Shown here: positions 17,701 to 27,100 of the stretch, piece by piece | Position numbering within the stretch: position 1 is the stretch's first letter | Layout of the letters: every line of letters begins with the position of its first letter | From: a virus | Virus record (IMG/VR): IMGVR_UViG_3300034060_000074 | Length of the DNA stretch: 64,000 nucleotides | Reading direction: 5' to 3' (one strand) | Translations under genes and position numbers: made by a program | The notes under the pieces: generated by a model | The model's input: only the letters and a program-made list of their open reading frames with translations | What the model was told of the DNA's origin: nothing | The model's database searches: none

Positions 17701-20700
17701 CTCCTGTAGCTTTTACAACTCTACCACCAACTACAGTGCTATGACTTCCTGTTGCACAGTTAAAAAGACCTCCTCCTACAAATGCTCTTGTATTTACTGC
17801 TTGGTTCAATTCTCCTCCTACCACTACAGTATAATTATTTGATGAAGTGTTAGAACATCCTCCTCCTACAAATGCACAATTACCATTAGCAGTGTTTGCT
17901 CTTCCTCCTGATACTGTTGAATGGGCTGCTGAAGCAAGATTGGCTTGACCTCCTCCTACTGTAGAAAAACCACCACTTGATGTATTACTAAATCCACCTG
18001 CTATTGTTGAATAGCACGCAGATACTGTATTTAAATAACCACCTGCTATTGTAGCCAAGTAACCACTAGCTGAGTTTCCTCTACCACCACCTACTGTCGA
18101 TTGTCCATTAGAAGATGTGTTACTAGCTCCCCCACCTACTACTGAACAGTTTCCTGATGCAGTATTACCAAATCCTCCTCCTATAAAACCACGATACCCT
18201 GATGCTGTATTACTAGCTCCACCTGCAACTATAGAATCTGCACCATTTGATACATTGCTTCTACCTCCTCCTATAAATGACCAAGTACCTGATGCTGTGT
18301 TAAGACAACCACCAACTATTGTAGCAAAAGTATTAGTAGCCCTATTCTGAAATCCTCCTCCTATAAAACTAAAATCACCTGCCGCACATATTGTAGGTGC
18401 AACATTAAATCTTTGACCATTCCAAGTACCACCTGTTGTATTACCACCTACACCACCTGCTATTGTTACAGCACAAACTTTTGCACCACAAATATAGTTT
18501 GAACTACCCCCACCAATAGCTGCAAACCCATTACCAAATGCAGTAGATACACTACAAATAAAATTTTGATAGCCTCCTGATATTGTAGAATAACTTGCAG
18601 AGTTAGTATTAAAATACCCACTCAATATAGATGCATAAGGTTTAGGGGCACTATTACCAAATCCACCACCAATTATCGATAAGTCACCTGATGCTATATT
18701 GCATCCGCCTCCTAAAACAACAGAACAAGCATTTGAGGCTGTGTTATTTGCACCACCTCCAACAATTGAATGTCCACCTGATGCTGTGTTTGAGTTTCCA
18801 CTGCCAACAAAAGAACGACTTCCTGAAGATATATTTCCTAAACCACCTCCTATTGTTCCTTCATATCCACTTGATGTATTTGCTCTACCACTTCCTACAA
18901 AAGAATATCCTGATGAAGCTGTATTACCACAACCTCCTGCTACTGCTGCTCTATAAGATGACGCTGTATTATTTTGACCTCCTCCTATAAATGAATGTGC
19001 ACCACTAGCATTATTGCTTTGACCTCCACCAATAGCAGCACAAGCTCCTGAAGAACTATTTAATTTACCACTACCTATAAAGGAATGACTTCCTAATGAA
19101 ACGTTATTACACCCACTAGCAATACCTGACATATCTCCTGTAGCACAGTTTTGCAATCCTGCACCAACAAAAGCTCTTGCATTTGTTGCAAGGTTTAATT
19201 CACCTCCTGCTACAACTGAATATATACCACTAGCTGTATTTGCACATCCTCCACTTACAGTAGAACAAGCCCCTGAAGATGTGTTAGCTCTACCTCCTGC
19301 TACACTTGCAAAAGCACCTGAAGCAACGTTTTGCTGTCCACCTGATACAATTGCTCTTCCTCCTGTGGCTGTATTTAAAATACCTCCTCCTACAGTTGAA
19401 AAATCTCCTCCTGCTGTATTTCCATATCCACCACTGACTGTTGTATTACAAGATGATGCATTATTACACGCACCACCACCCACTGTAGAACTTGAATATG
19501 CGTTAGCACAATTTTTATAACCACCTGATACAGTTGAATAACTTCCTGTTGCTCTATTCTGAAATCCTCCTCCTATAAAAGAGTATTGACCTGCAACACA
19601 TTTAGTTGGAGCAACTGTAAAATCACAAGCTGCTAAAGACCAAGTACCCCCTGTAGTGTTGTTTCCAATACCACCTGCTATGGTAGCACCAAGAACTAAA
19701 CAAGATGATGTAGGGCTGCAAATTATATTACATAATCCTGCTCCAACAAATGAATAAATACCACCTGCATAGTTTACACCACCACCAACTATTGTTGATT
19801 CTATGGCTGATGCTACGTTTGCATATCCTCCACCTATAAACGAATAACATCCTGATACAGTATGACCTCTACCGCCACCAAGGAATGACATACAGTTGCT
19901 CACTGTATTAGAAAATCCACCTACCGCTGAAGAATATCTTGAACTTACAGTATTTCCATATCCACTTCCTATAAATGAACTAGTTGCTGTAACTGTGTTC
20001 CTATCTCCACCTGCTATTGTTGCAAAATTTCCACAAGCTACGTTCGTACATCCACCTCCTACAGCAGCATATACTGCTGAAGCTATGTTACTTTGACCTC
20101 CTCCTACTGTAGAACAAGCTCCTGAAGCTGAGTTTAGATAACCTCCTGCAACCACAGAGTGAGAACCTGATGCAGTGTTTGCCTGACCGCCTAATATAGC
20201 TGCTCTATATCCACTTGCAGTGTTAGCCCATCCTCCTGCTACAACAGTTTGATAATAACTTGCTGTGTTAGCACATCCATTTCCAACAAATGAACCAACT
20301 CCTGAAGCTGTGTTACCTTTTCCACCAACCACTGCTGACTCTCCTGACGTTGCAGCATTAGCACATCCTCCACCTACAAAACTACAAGCCCCTGATGCAG
20401 TGTTTGATATACCACCTGCAACTGTTGAGTTTGCTCCTGAAGCACAGTTACTTGTTCCTCCTCCTATAGTGGAACGATTACCTGATGCTCTATTTATGTA
20501 ACCACCTGATATTGTAGAATATGTATTTGAAGCACTATTATTATAACCTCCACCTACAAACGCTCTTGGACTTATAGCACAGTTATCACTACCTCCTACA
20601 ACTGCAGACCAAGCACCTGTTGCAGTATTTGCTTGACCACCTCCAACTGTTGAACAGTTACCTGATGCAGTGTTACCTTGACCACCTCCAATAAATGACA

Positions 20701-23700
20701 TATTTGCTGAAGCTGAATTACCACTACCCCCTCCAATAAAAGAATTTGAATTTTGTGTTGTATTAGAAAGACCTCCTGCTATAGCAGAATATGTACCCAC
20801 TGAAGCATTAGCTGAACCACTTAAAGAACCACTATATGCTCCTGAAGAAGTATTTGTTACACCACATCTTACTGAAGAACATAATCCTGCTCCAAGCACA
20901 ATAACAGCACTAGAACCAACATTTATACCTGAGCTACCAGAGCTACCACTTGTACCTGACGTACCACTGGTGCCAGAAGTTCCACTTGTTCCTGAGCTAC
21001 CACTAGTTCCTGTTGTACCACTAGACCCACTAGAGCCTGTTGTACCAGAGGTTCCTGTTGTACCAGACGTACCACTTATAGCTGATGTACCACTAGAGCC
21101 TGAAGTACCTGTGGTACCTGACGTACCACCTGTACCATTGGTTCCACTTGTACCACTTGTACCTGTAGTTCCAGCTGTACCTGAGGTGCCATTAGATCCA
21201 TTAAGACCTGATGTTCCTGAGGTACCTGTAGAACCTGAGGTTCCTGATGTGCCATTGACACCACTACTGCCTGAGGAACCAGATGTTCCTGAAGATCCAG
21301 AAGTACCTGTGGTTCCAGAGGTTCCACTTGTACCACCTGTTCCATTAGTGCCAGACGTGCCACTAGAACCTGCTGAGCCACTAGAGCCAGAAGTTCCTGT
21401 TGTGCCACTTGTTCCACTTGTTGCAGACGTACCACTAGATCCACTTGTACCTGTAGTACCACTAGTTCCAGAAGAGCCAGTCGTACCACTAGTACCACTT
21501 GTTCCTCCTGTTCCATTAGTTCCACTTGTACCTGATGTTCCTGTGGTACCAGATGTACCATCTATTCCTGAAGACCCTGAAGATCCTGATGTTCCTGTTG
21601 TTCCTGAAGTACCTGAGGTTCCTCCAGATCCATTGGTGCCTGACGTACCACTAGTTCCTGTAGTTCCACTTGTTCCTGTTGTACCGCTACTACCACTGCT
21701 GCCAGAAGTGCCAGAAGTACCTGAAGAACCATCACCTCCTGATGCACCATCAAGATTTACTATCCATGATGTATAAGTACCACTACCTACTGTTCTAGTA
21801 GGTGCTGCGAATGATAAAGATCCTGTTGCTGGGTTATATGAAATTACCTCACACTCTTGGAAGTTGTTTGCATCATAAACCACAATGATTGATTGGGCCA
21901 CTGTATAAGCCAATCCTAATCCTACAATGATTGTCCCAGCATTGCCTAATGTAAAAGTAGAAGATGATGTTGTTGCATATCTATCTCCTTGTAATCCTGA
22001 GGTACCACTCGTACCACTTGTCCCAGTTGTTCCTGATGTACCAGCTGTACCACTAGAGCCTGCACTACCACTAGAACCACTTGTTCCTGTTGTTCCACTT
22101 GTTCCAGAAGTTCCTGTAGTTCCAGAAGTTCCTGTAGTACCACTAGATCCTGAGGTGCCTGTAGTGCCACTTGTTCCACTAGTACCTCCAGTACCATCTG
22201 TTGCAGATGTTCCTGAACTTCCTGATGTTCCAGAAGTACCACTAGTACCTGTAGTGCCTGATGTACCAGCACTACCACTTGTTCCACTAGTTCCACTTGT
22301 TCCTGTTGTACCTGAAGAGCCAGAAGACCCTGTTGTTCCTGAGGTGCCAGAAGTACCTCCTGTACCATCAGTGCCACTTGTTCCACTGGTTCCTGCAGTA
22401 CCAGATGTTCCAGATGTTCCAGAAGTTCCACTTGTTCCTCCTGTACCATCAGTACCTGAAGTTCCACTTGTACCACTTGAACCTGCTGTTCCACTAGATC
22501 CTGCTGTTCCACTAGTACCACTAGTACCAGTTGTACCAGAGGTTCCCCCTGTTCCATCTGTACCACTAGTTCCTGACGTTCCTGTTGTACCTGCTGTACC
22601 ACTTGATCCTGAGGTTCCTGAACTGCCACTAGTACCTGTAGTACCTGAAGTGCCACTGGTACCTGCTGTACCTGATGTACCTGTAGTACCAGCAGTTCCT
22701 GAAGAACCTGATGTACCAGAGCTACCTGAAGTTCCTGTGGTTCCACTTGTACCAGATGTGCCATCTGTACCTGAAGTACCTGATGTAGCACTTGTACCTG
22801 ATGAACCTGAGCTTCCAGAAGTACCTGTTGTACCACTTGTGCCAGTTGTACCACTAGTCCCTGATGTACCATCAGTACCACTTGTTGCAGAAGTACCATC
22901 TGTTCCACTTGTACCAGACGTACCAGTAGTTCCAGAAGTGCCAGAGGTTCCTGACGTACCATCAATACCTGAAGTACCAGAGGTACCACCTGTAGCTGTG
23001 AAGTTTGCAATAGTACCATCACCTCGTATATATTGAGCTGCTGATCCTGTTGCTACAACGTTTATAGTTCCTGAAGAAGTTATAGGGGGTGTTGTAATGC
23101 TGAATGCTGGAGGCATGGCAAGTTGTACACTTGTCACTGTTCCTACAGACCAACTTCTATTTGCTGATAAGTTTTGTGTTAAACCATTGATGCTCAACGT
23201 TCTAGTTGTAGGCACTGGTGTATATCCTAATGCAGATATAATATCTCCTTGTGTAACAGGAGTGGCAGACGTCACAAGACCTTTGCCATTCACAGCCACC
23301 TTTAAAAAGGTGTTGCTTCCATAGACATTAGGATTGACTGTCTGTAATGTAAGAGTTGTAGGAGAACCTGTCATACCAGTTCCTGTCACGTCACCAACAA
23401 TGATGATGACACCAGAAGGAACAGCAATATTTATAGGAGTGATGTTAGTCACTAATCCTTTTGTGTTCACTGTTACTACTGGAACCTGTGTAGTGGAACC
23501 ATATGTTCCTGGGTTAGGATTAACACTAGCCAATGTAAGGACAGCAGAGCCTGGGCCACTAGCTGTACCATCTCCTGTTAGTGCTGTGATATAAGGACCT
23601 GATGGTTGGTATGATGTATTATCTAAGCTACCATCCCCTTTGACAAAGTCAGAAGAGGTTCCACCTGTTGTTATTAATGCTGCAGACTCAATTGAATCTG

Positions 23701-23974
23701 TAATCTTGAATGTATAACCATTACTAAGAATGACTGTATTCTGGGTTAAGCTACCGCCTAGCTTCACTGGTTGACCAGGAGCTGACTGTATAATTCCATT
23801 TTGGAATATATACCCAAGACCAGCATCTCCAAACTTTGCGTCTATTTTTTGTAGAGCTGTCTGAAGATTATCATTAGTGTTGATGCCAGTGTATATTAAA
23901 TTCTCACCTTCATAGAATACGCAGGTGGCATTTAGTATGACTGGACATGGTTCTGCTGAACAAGATACATCCAT
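14723..23974 (-). CDS. Giant tail fibre/adhesin (3083 aa) with GTS collagen-like region, GGxxN beta-repeat region and C-terminal intramolecular chaperone (peptidase S74-like)
   Basis: N-terminal attachment motif; (G-T/S-T/S)n runs; ~14-aa ASGxxSxVxGGxxN repeats over ~1900 aa; ISDCRRKNTIQ...LDDIVKLRPVSYCW followed by a terminal coiled coil. Confidence 0.85.
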   Translation of the reverse strand: MDVSCSAEPCPVILNATCVFYEGENLIYTGINTNDNLQTALQKIDAKFGDAGLGYIFQNGIIQSAPGQPVKLGGSLTQNTVILSNGYTFKITDSIESAALITTGGTSSDFVKGDGSLDNTSYQPSGPYITALTGDGTASGPGSAVLTLASVNPNPGTYGSTTQVPVVTVNTKGLVTNITPINIAVPSGVIIIVGDVTGTGMTGSPTTLTLQTVNPNVYGSNTFLKVAVNGKGLVTSATPVTQGDIISALGYTPVPTTRTLSINGLTQNLSANRSWSVGTVTSVQLAMPPAFSITTPPITSSGTINVVATGSAAQYIRGDGTIANFTATGGTSGTSGIDGTSGTSGTSGTTGTSGTSGTDGTSATSGTDGTSGTSGTTGTSGTTGTSGSSGSSGTSATSGTSGTDGTSGTSGTTGTSGSSGTSGSSGTAGTTGTSGTAGTSGTSGTTGTSGSSGTSGSSGTAGTTGTSGTSGTDGTGGTSGTTGTSGTSGTAGSSGTAGSSGTSGTSGTDGTGGTSGTSGTSGTSGTAGTSGTSGTDGTGGTSGTSGTTGSSGSSGTTGTSGTSGTSGSAGTSGTTGTSGTSGTSGSSGTSATDGTGGTSGTSGTTGTSGSSGTTGTSGTTGTSGTSGTTGTSGSSGSAGSSGTAGTSGTTGTSGTSGTSGLQGDRYATTSSSTFTLGNAGTIIVGLGLAYTVAQSIIVVYDANNFQECEVISYNPATGSLSFAAPTRTVGSGTYTSWIVNLDGASGGDGSSGTSGTSGSSGSSGTTGTSGTTGTSGTSGTNGSGGTSGTSGTTGTSGSSGSSGIDGTSGTTGTSGTSGTNGTGGTSGTSGTTGSSGTSGTTGTSGSSGTSATSGTSGTTGTSGSSGSAGSSGTSGTNGTGGTSGTSGTTGTSGSSGTSGSSGSSGVNGTSGTSGSTGTSGTSGLNGSNGTSGTAGTTGTSGTSGTNGTGGTSGTTGTSGSSGTSAISGTSGTTGTSGTTGSSGSSGTTGTSGSSGTSGTSGTSGTSGTSGSSGSSGINVGSSAVIVLGAGLCSSVRCGVTNTSSGAYSGSLSGSANASVGTYSAIAGGLSNTTQNSNSFIGGGSGNSASANMSFIGGGQGNTASGNCSTVGGGQANTATGAWSAVVGGSDNCAISPRAFVGGGYNNSASNTYSTISGGYINRASGNRSTIGGGTSNCASGANSTVAGGISNTASGACSFVGGGCANAATSGESAVVGGKGNTASGVGSFVGNGCANTASYYQTVVAGGWANTASGYRAAILGGQANTASGSHSVVAGGYLNSASGACSTVGGGQSNIASAVYAAVGGGCTNVACGNFATIAGGDRNTVTATSSFIGSGYGNTVSSRYSSAVGGFSNTVSNCMSFLGGGRGHTVSGCYSFIGGGYANVASAIESTIVGGGVNYAGGIYSFVGAGLCNIICSPTSSCLVLGATIAGGIGNNTTGGTWSLAACDFTVAPTKCVAGQYSFIGGGFQNRATGSYSTVSGGYKNCANAYSSSTVGGGACNNASSCNTTVSGGYGNTAGGDFSTVGGGILNTATGGRAIVSGGQQNVASGAFASVAGGRANTSSGACSTVSGGCANTASGIYSVVAGGELNLATNARAFVGAGLQNCATGDMSGIASGCNNVSLGSHSFIGSGKLNSSSGACAAIGGGQSNNASGAHSFIGGGQNNTASSYRAAVAGGCGNTASSGYSFVGSGRANTSSGYEGTIGGGLGNISSGSRSFVGSGNSNTASGGHSIVGGGANNTASNACSVVLGGGCNIASGDLSIIGGGFGNSAPKPYASILSGYFNTNSASYSTISGGYQNFICSVSTAFGNGFAAIGGGSSNYICGAKVCAVTIAGGVGGNTTGGTWNGQRFNVAPTICAAGDFSFIGGGFQNRATNTFATIVGGCLNTASGTWSFIGGGRSNVSNGADSIVAGGASNTASGYRGFIGGGFGNTASGNCSVVGGGASNTSSNGQSTVGGGRGNSASGYLATIAGGYLNTVSACYSTIAGGFSNTSSGGFSTVGGGQANLASAAHSTVSGGRANTANGNCAFVGGGCSNTSSNNYTVVVGGELNQAVNTRAFVGGGLFNCATGSHSTVVGGRVVKATGDYSFSGGGCNNTASGTYSTVSGGRNNSAVIHGTIGGGANNTVSAGYGTIAGGDTNTASGTNSFVGSGLSNIASGAKSVVAGGQGNTASGACSFLGGGCGNTSSSYWTTVGGGRLNSATTAYATVSGGYGISAGGGCSSVGGGYYNSASGGFSTVAGGRNNTASGAHSAIGGGCCNTASCSNAAIAGGRVNTASGAYSSIGGGLSNEAAGNGGSTVSGGYGNQALGLSSAISGGCRNYAAAFGGFIGGGNCNNVYNATSGCLAYGAVVGGGVGNNTSGGTWSLAACAFTVAPTFSAAGAYSFIGGGFQNRATGAHATVAGGNVNTASGARAFIGSGNGNTASAIYAAIAGGDSGTASGCNSFIGSGLYNIASGACSIISGGCGNLANGGFAYASGQGNTSSGVASVVAGGQSNLAATTFSFVGSGYGNKACGGEYAIVVGGYLNTASTTWATIVGGRNHTASGYRSFIGSGNSNTSSGDTSAIAGGAVNTASGACSTIGGGNTNIASAGHATVSGGQLNIASSGHSVVGGALQNTASGGCSGTFSGRYNIASGGWSFVGGGFTNTANFYRSSVVGGSNNTASCYFAFIGGGNSNISSSYSSVVGGGSSNTASAYRSTVGGGISNTATGACSFVGGGQANISSGVWSTTAGGSDNCATSPRAFVGGGYNNSSSGAYSTVSGGYVNRATGGRSFVGGGTSNCALGINSTVGGGSSNFASANCSTIGGGGSNNTIGGAMSVIAGGTNNVASNTRSAITGGTSNTASGYVSFVGGGVGNTASGYESTIGGGLYNIANGCRSVVVGGYGNLTYADCSFMGGGCCNLINVSSPWSTILGGTYNCSNSTTNSHIIGSCIPGVANNYTFVNNLCQWGGGISDCRRKNTIQDTCFGLDDIVKLRPVSYCWNGDTSCHKKYGFIAQEVQQVMSCVVETNPLSRVDENGLEVIVEQGGSPILQFEKDAIYASYVNAFKELKAENDSLKDRIKIIENILKNNNLI
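15330..20850 (-). repeat. Protein-level ~14-residue GGxxN repeat array (beta-solenoid, YadA/Hep-Hag-like)
   Basis: Seen directly in translation; more than 100 units estimated from length; DNA copies are diverged. Boundaries approximate. Confidence 0.85.
20930..22995 (-). repeat. Gly-Thr-Ser triplet arrays (two blocks, ~20930-21730 and ~22000-22995)
   Basis: GTSGTSGTTGTSGSS... with Gly every third residue and almost no Pro; produces Pro/Val shadow ORFs on the plus strand. Confidence 0.9.
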
Positions 23975-24015
23975 AATATATTAATAATAAAAATGTGTAA
24001 GTAAATGATACGCAA

Positions 24016-24084
24016 ATAGGTGTACCTCTTTTTGTAAAGTACACCTATATACGCAAAAGTAGTTGAAATTAGTTTATTTTCAAT
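24016..24084 (-). promoter_or_regulatory. Promoter (-7 TACTTTTG at 24054-24061) followed by a 10-bp perfect inverted repeat upstream of the giant fibre gene
   Basis: ATAGGTGTAC (24016-24025) / GTACACCTAT (24039-24048), flanked by a direct repeat ATACGCAAA (24008-24016, 24049-24057). Confidence 0.55.
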
Positions 24085-24121
24085 GAGTTAGGATAAAGAA
24101 TGCCACATAATATAGCATTCC

Positions 24122-27100
24122 TTATCTATTTTCTTTCTGTATAGTAACGTCATATTCTTTAGCAAAGTCAGCATCTAAAATAGCTAGGTATGTAACTAGT
24201 GATTTTGTGAAAGGGAACATCTTCATAGCGTTCTTTACAGGCTGTGCTTTCTTCCTTACATCTTCTGCTGTTGTTTCTGATTTCATATCAAGCCCTGTTG
24301 TTTCCATCCACACATGATCCATGAATCTACCAAAGTCTTTAATGATACCAGTTGCTGGGAATATACCTTGATCTAATAAGGATTGATAGTTAACTGGATT
24401 ATAGAAGAACGAAAGCTCACCTACAAACTTATCTATCACTCTTGTTGTATATCTGTGGAAGTTCTTAGCTGCTTTGTCTTCGTCATCATCAGGTGCTATG
24501 AATCCTAGAGAGAACATCATTCCTATCAACGAACCTAAGATGGCTAATTCCTTAATCTGATTCTGTAAGTTGTTTCTTACCATATCAATGAACTGCTCCT
24601 TGGTCATATATAGTTCTTGACCTGTAGTTCTTTTATACTCCTGTCCATACTGTTCGTACATCTCATTAAGCTTCTTGATACCTTCATCATTCATATTCAT
24701 GATGTTGAGAAGGTTGGTTTGCTTATCTTTAAATGAAGAACCAATTACAGCAGCTAGTAGACGAATACGTCCAATGTCATATTTCTCACCAATAGGTATT
24801 CCATCTTCTCCAATCTCTACAGAGAAGTCATCACTCACTCTTCTGAACTCAGAGAAACGAGTATCTGTTAATTTTGGAATCCAGTTCTTAAACAACATCA
24901 TACTCTTGGTCCAGATAGACATAGACATCCTGTTGATGTCACCATCTGATAAGTTACCTGTTGCGTTTCTAGATATACGTCTAGTCAGTGTAGTGAGTCT
25001 TTGTATCTCTTCTCTATTGTTTAGATCCAAGCCAGGGATGACTAACTTACCATCTTCTATCTTTCTAGTATTAGCAATAGACCTTGTCTTCTTTAGCTCT
25101 TCAATCTCTGCATCTATCTTAGATTTACTTTCTGCAAACTTAGCAGCACTGTCATATCTATCTTTATACTTACTATTTACAAACTCTCTGATACTAACTA
25201 TTCTACCATTCTCCACCATCATGTTTTCAAGTAGGGTGAGGAATGTAGCTTTCTCTAATAGTTGTTCTGGTTTTCTCATAAAGACCATCAGAGTATCAGA
25301 AAGACTACCTCTAGTTAACTTACTCAAACCAGCTCTCTTAAATTCTTCATAAGAAAGATCATCTTTCAATGGCATGAATGTATTAACAAGTTCAATAAAC
25401 GTTTCCTTATCTTCCTCATTAGCAAAGCTTTGTCCTATAAGTTTAGCTTCATTCTTTGCAAACTCTCTAGCCTTGAAGTAGTTTCCTGCTTGGGTAGCAA
25501 TCTGAATATTACCACCAAACATGTTGGCAGCACCAGAAATGAATTCAAATCCAAGTGTCTTTAACTGGAATGCTCTGTTAGCAGCATCCATTGTTTTAAT
25601 CAATGATGTAGGTGTAGGATTTTCTTCAGGTGAGAAGATTTCTTTACCAGCTACTTTGTTGATACCATTCTTAATAAAGTTTGTCACCTTATCCATGTTC
25701 AATGGTAAGTCTGCATCATCTATAGTGTATTTTTGATCATACAATAAAGATCTTAAAAACTCATCATATATCTTTGTATTCTCCTCATTACCAGGAAGTT
25801 CTTGCACATTACCATCCTTTCTAACTACATCACTGTATCTAGTGGTATTAAGATGTCCCTTGAATGATTCAATAGTTCTTACTAAGTTTAACTGACCTTC
25901 CACCTCAGATAGATATTTGTATTTCTCTACTTGTTGGATGTATAGGATGAGGTTTTTAAATAAGTCTTCACTCACCTCAGAGTAGTCATTAACTCCTGTA
26001 TCAGTTTGTGTGAAGTCATATGTATAGTATTTAGGAATACCATTCTGTAATTCTCCTGTGATTTCATTGATGCTACCATAACCAGTGTCATCAGCTCTAG
26101 CTTGAAGACTGTTATAGAAGTTGTTCATAACAGATAACTTATTATCCCATATAAGCTGTTCAGCCATGCTCTTTCTAATGAATGGTAAGAAGTTCTTAGC
26201 CACCATATTGTTGATGTAACCAATATCCTTTGCCTTCTCATTATACTTAGTAATGAAATTGTACAACTCAAGTAGGTCAGAGTCTTTTTGAATCTCTAAA
26301 TATTCATCAGATAACCATTCACTCTTAGGGTGTCTTTTAACAACATAGTTATTAAAGCCATTAAAGTCTTCTCTATCTATATCCCATAAGCGTTGTGTCT
26401 CAAGTATATATTTTTCTCTTTGTTCATTTTGTTCTTCTGCTGAACCAGGATAAGAACTCTTGTTGATTCTAGCAATCTGGTTTTCTAATAAAGGAGCAGC
26501 TTCTTTTTTATAAGCTTCTACATCAATGTTATTTAATAACCATTCTTTATCTCCACCTTCACTAGCTTTTTTATCTATTTGCTCAAAGAAATCTTTATTA
26601 TATTTATAGATTAGTTTGTTTACTAATCCACCTTCTGTAGTCTTTTGATAAAGCTTTTGTATAAGTTTTCTTGTATCACCACCTCTAGCAACAAGCTTAT
26701 CTCTAAGACTCATTAAGACTTCCACTTCTTTAAATGCATCAGCTGAAGCATTGTTCTTTGCTGTAGATGTAAGCTTATATAACACTTGTAATGCACGTGA
26801 AGGTAGCTCTGATACACCTCTAAACCTAGCAGCCAATCCTTTGATTACTGCTTCAGCTTTGGTCAATCCTGCTACAAGGTTTCTTTGTCCTATGTGTTTA
26901 TCAGCAAACTCTTCAGATGCTTTAATAATTTGCTTGATAGAAAGTCTGATAGATTTAGATTCTGAATCTAAGTCTTCTAATATCTCCTTTCTAAGGTCTA
27001 TGTTTTCTTTCTCTGCTTCTGTAGTAGCTCCCTCTTCCATGTCTGTTGTATAGATTAAATAACCTATATCATCACCAATGCTTGAAAACACCTCAGAGAA

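Noticed and set aside
15180-20501. Many short plus-strand Pro-rich ORFs (PPP...)
   Set aside because: Antisense reading of Gly-rich GGxxN repeats; no independent start context.
20970-23036. Long plus-strand ORFs (268 and 369 aa, PEVPLVP...) and alternate-frame minus ORFs (161 and 358 aa, Q/V/L-rich)
   Set aside because: Shadow frames of the GTS codon repeats, which lack stops in those frames; they lie wholly within the fibre gene.
14723-24120. Diversity-generating retroelement or invertase-driven fibre switching
   Set aside because: No reverse transcriptase, recombinase, adenine-specific TR/VR pair or flanking inversion repeats were seen in this window.
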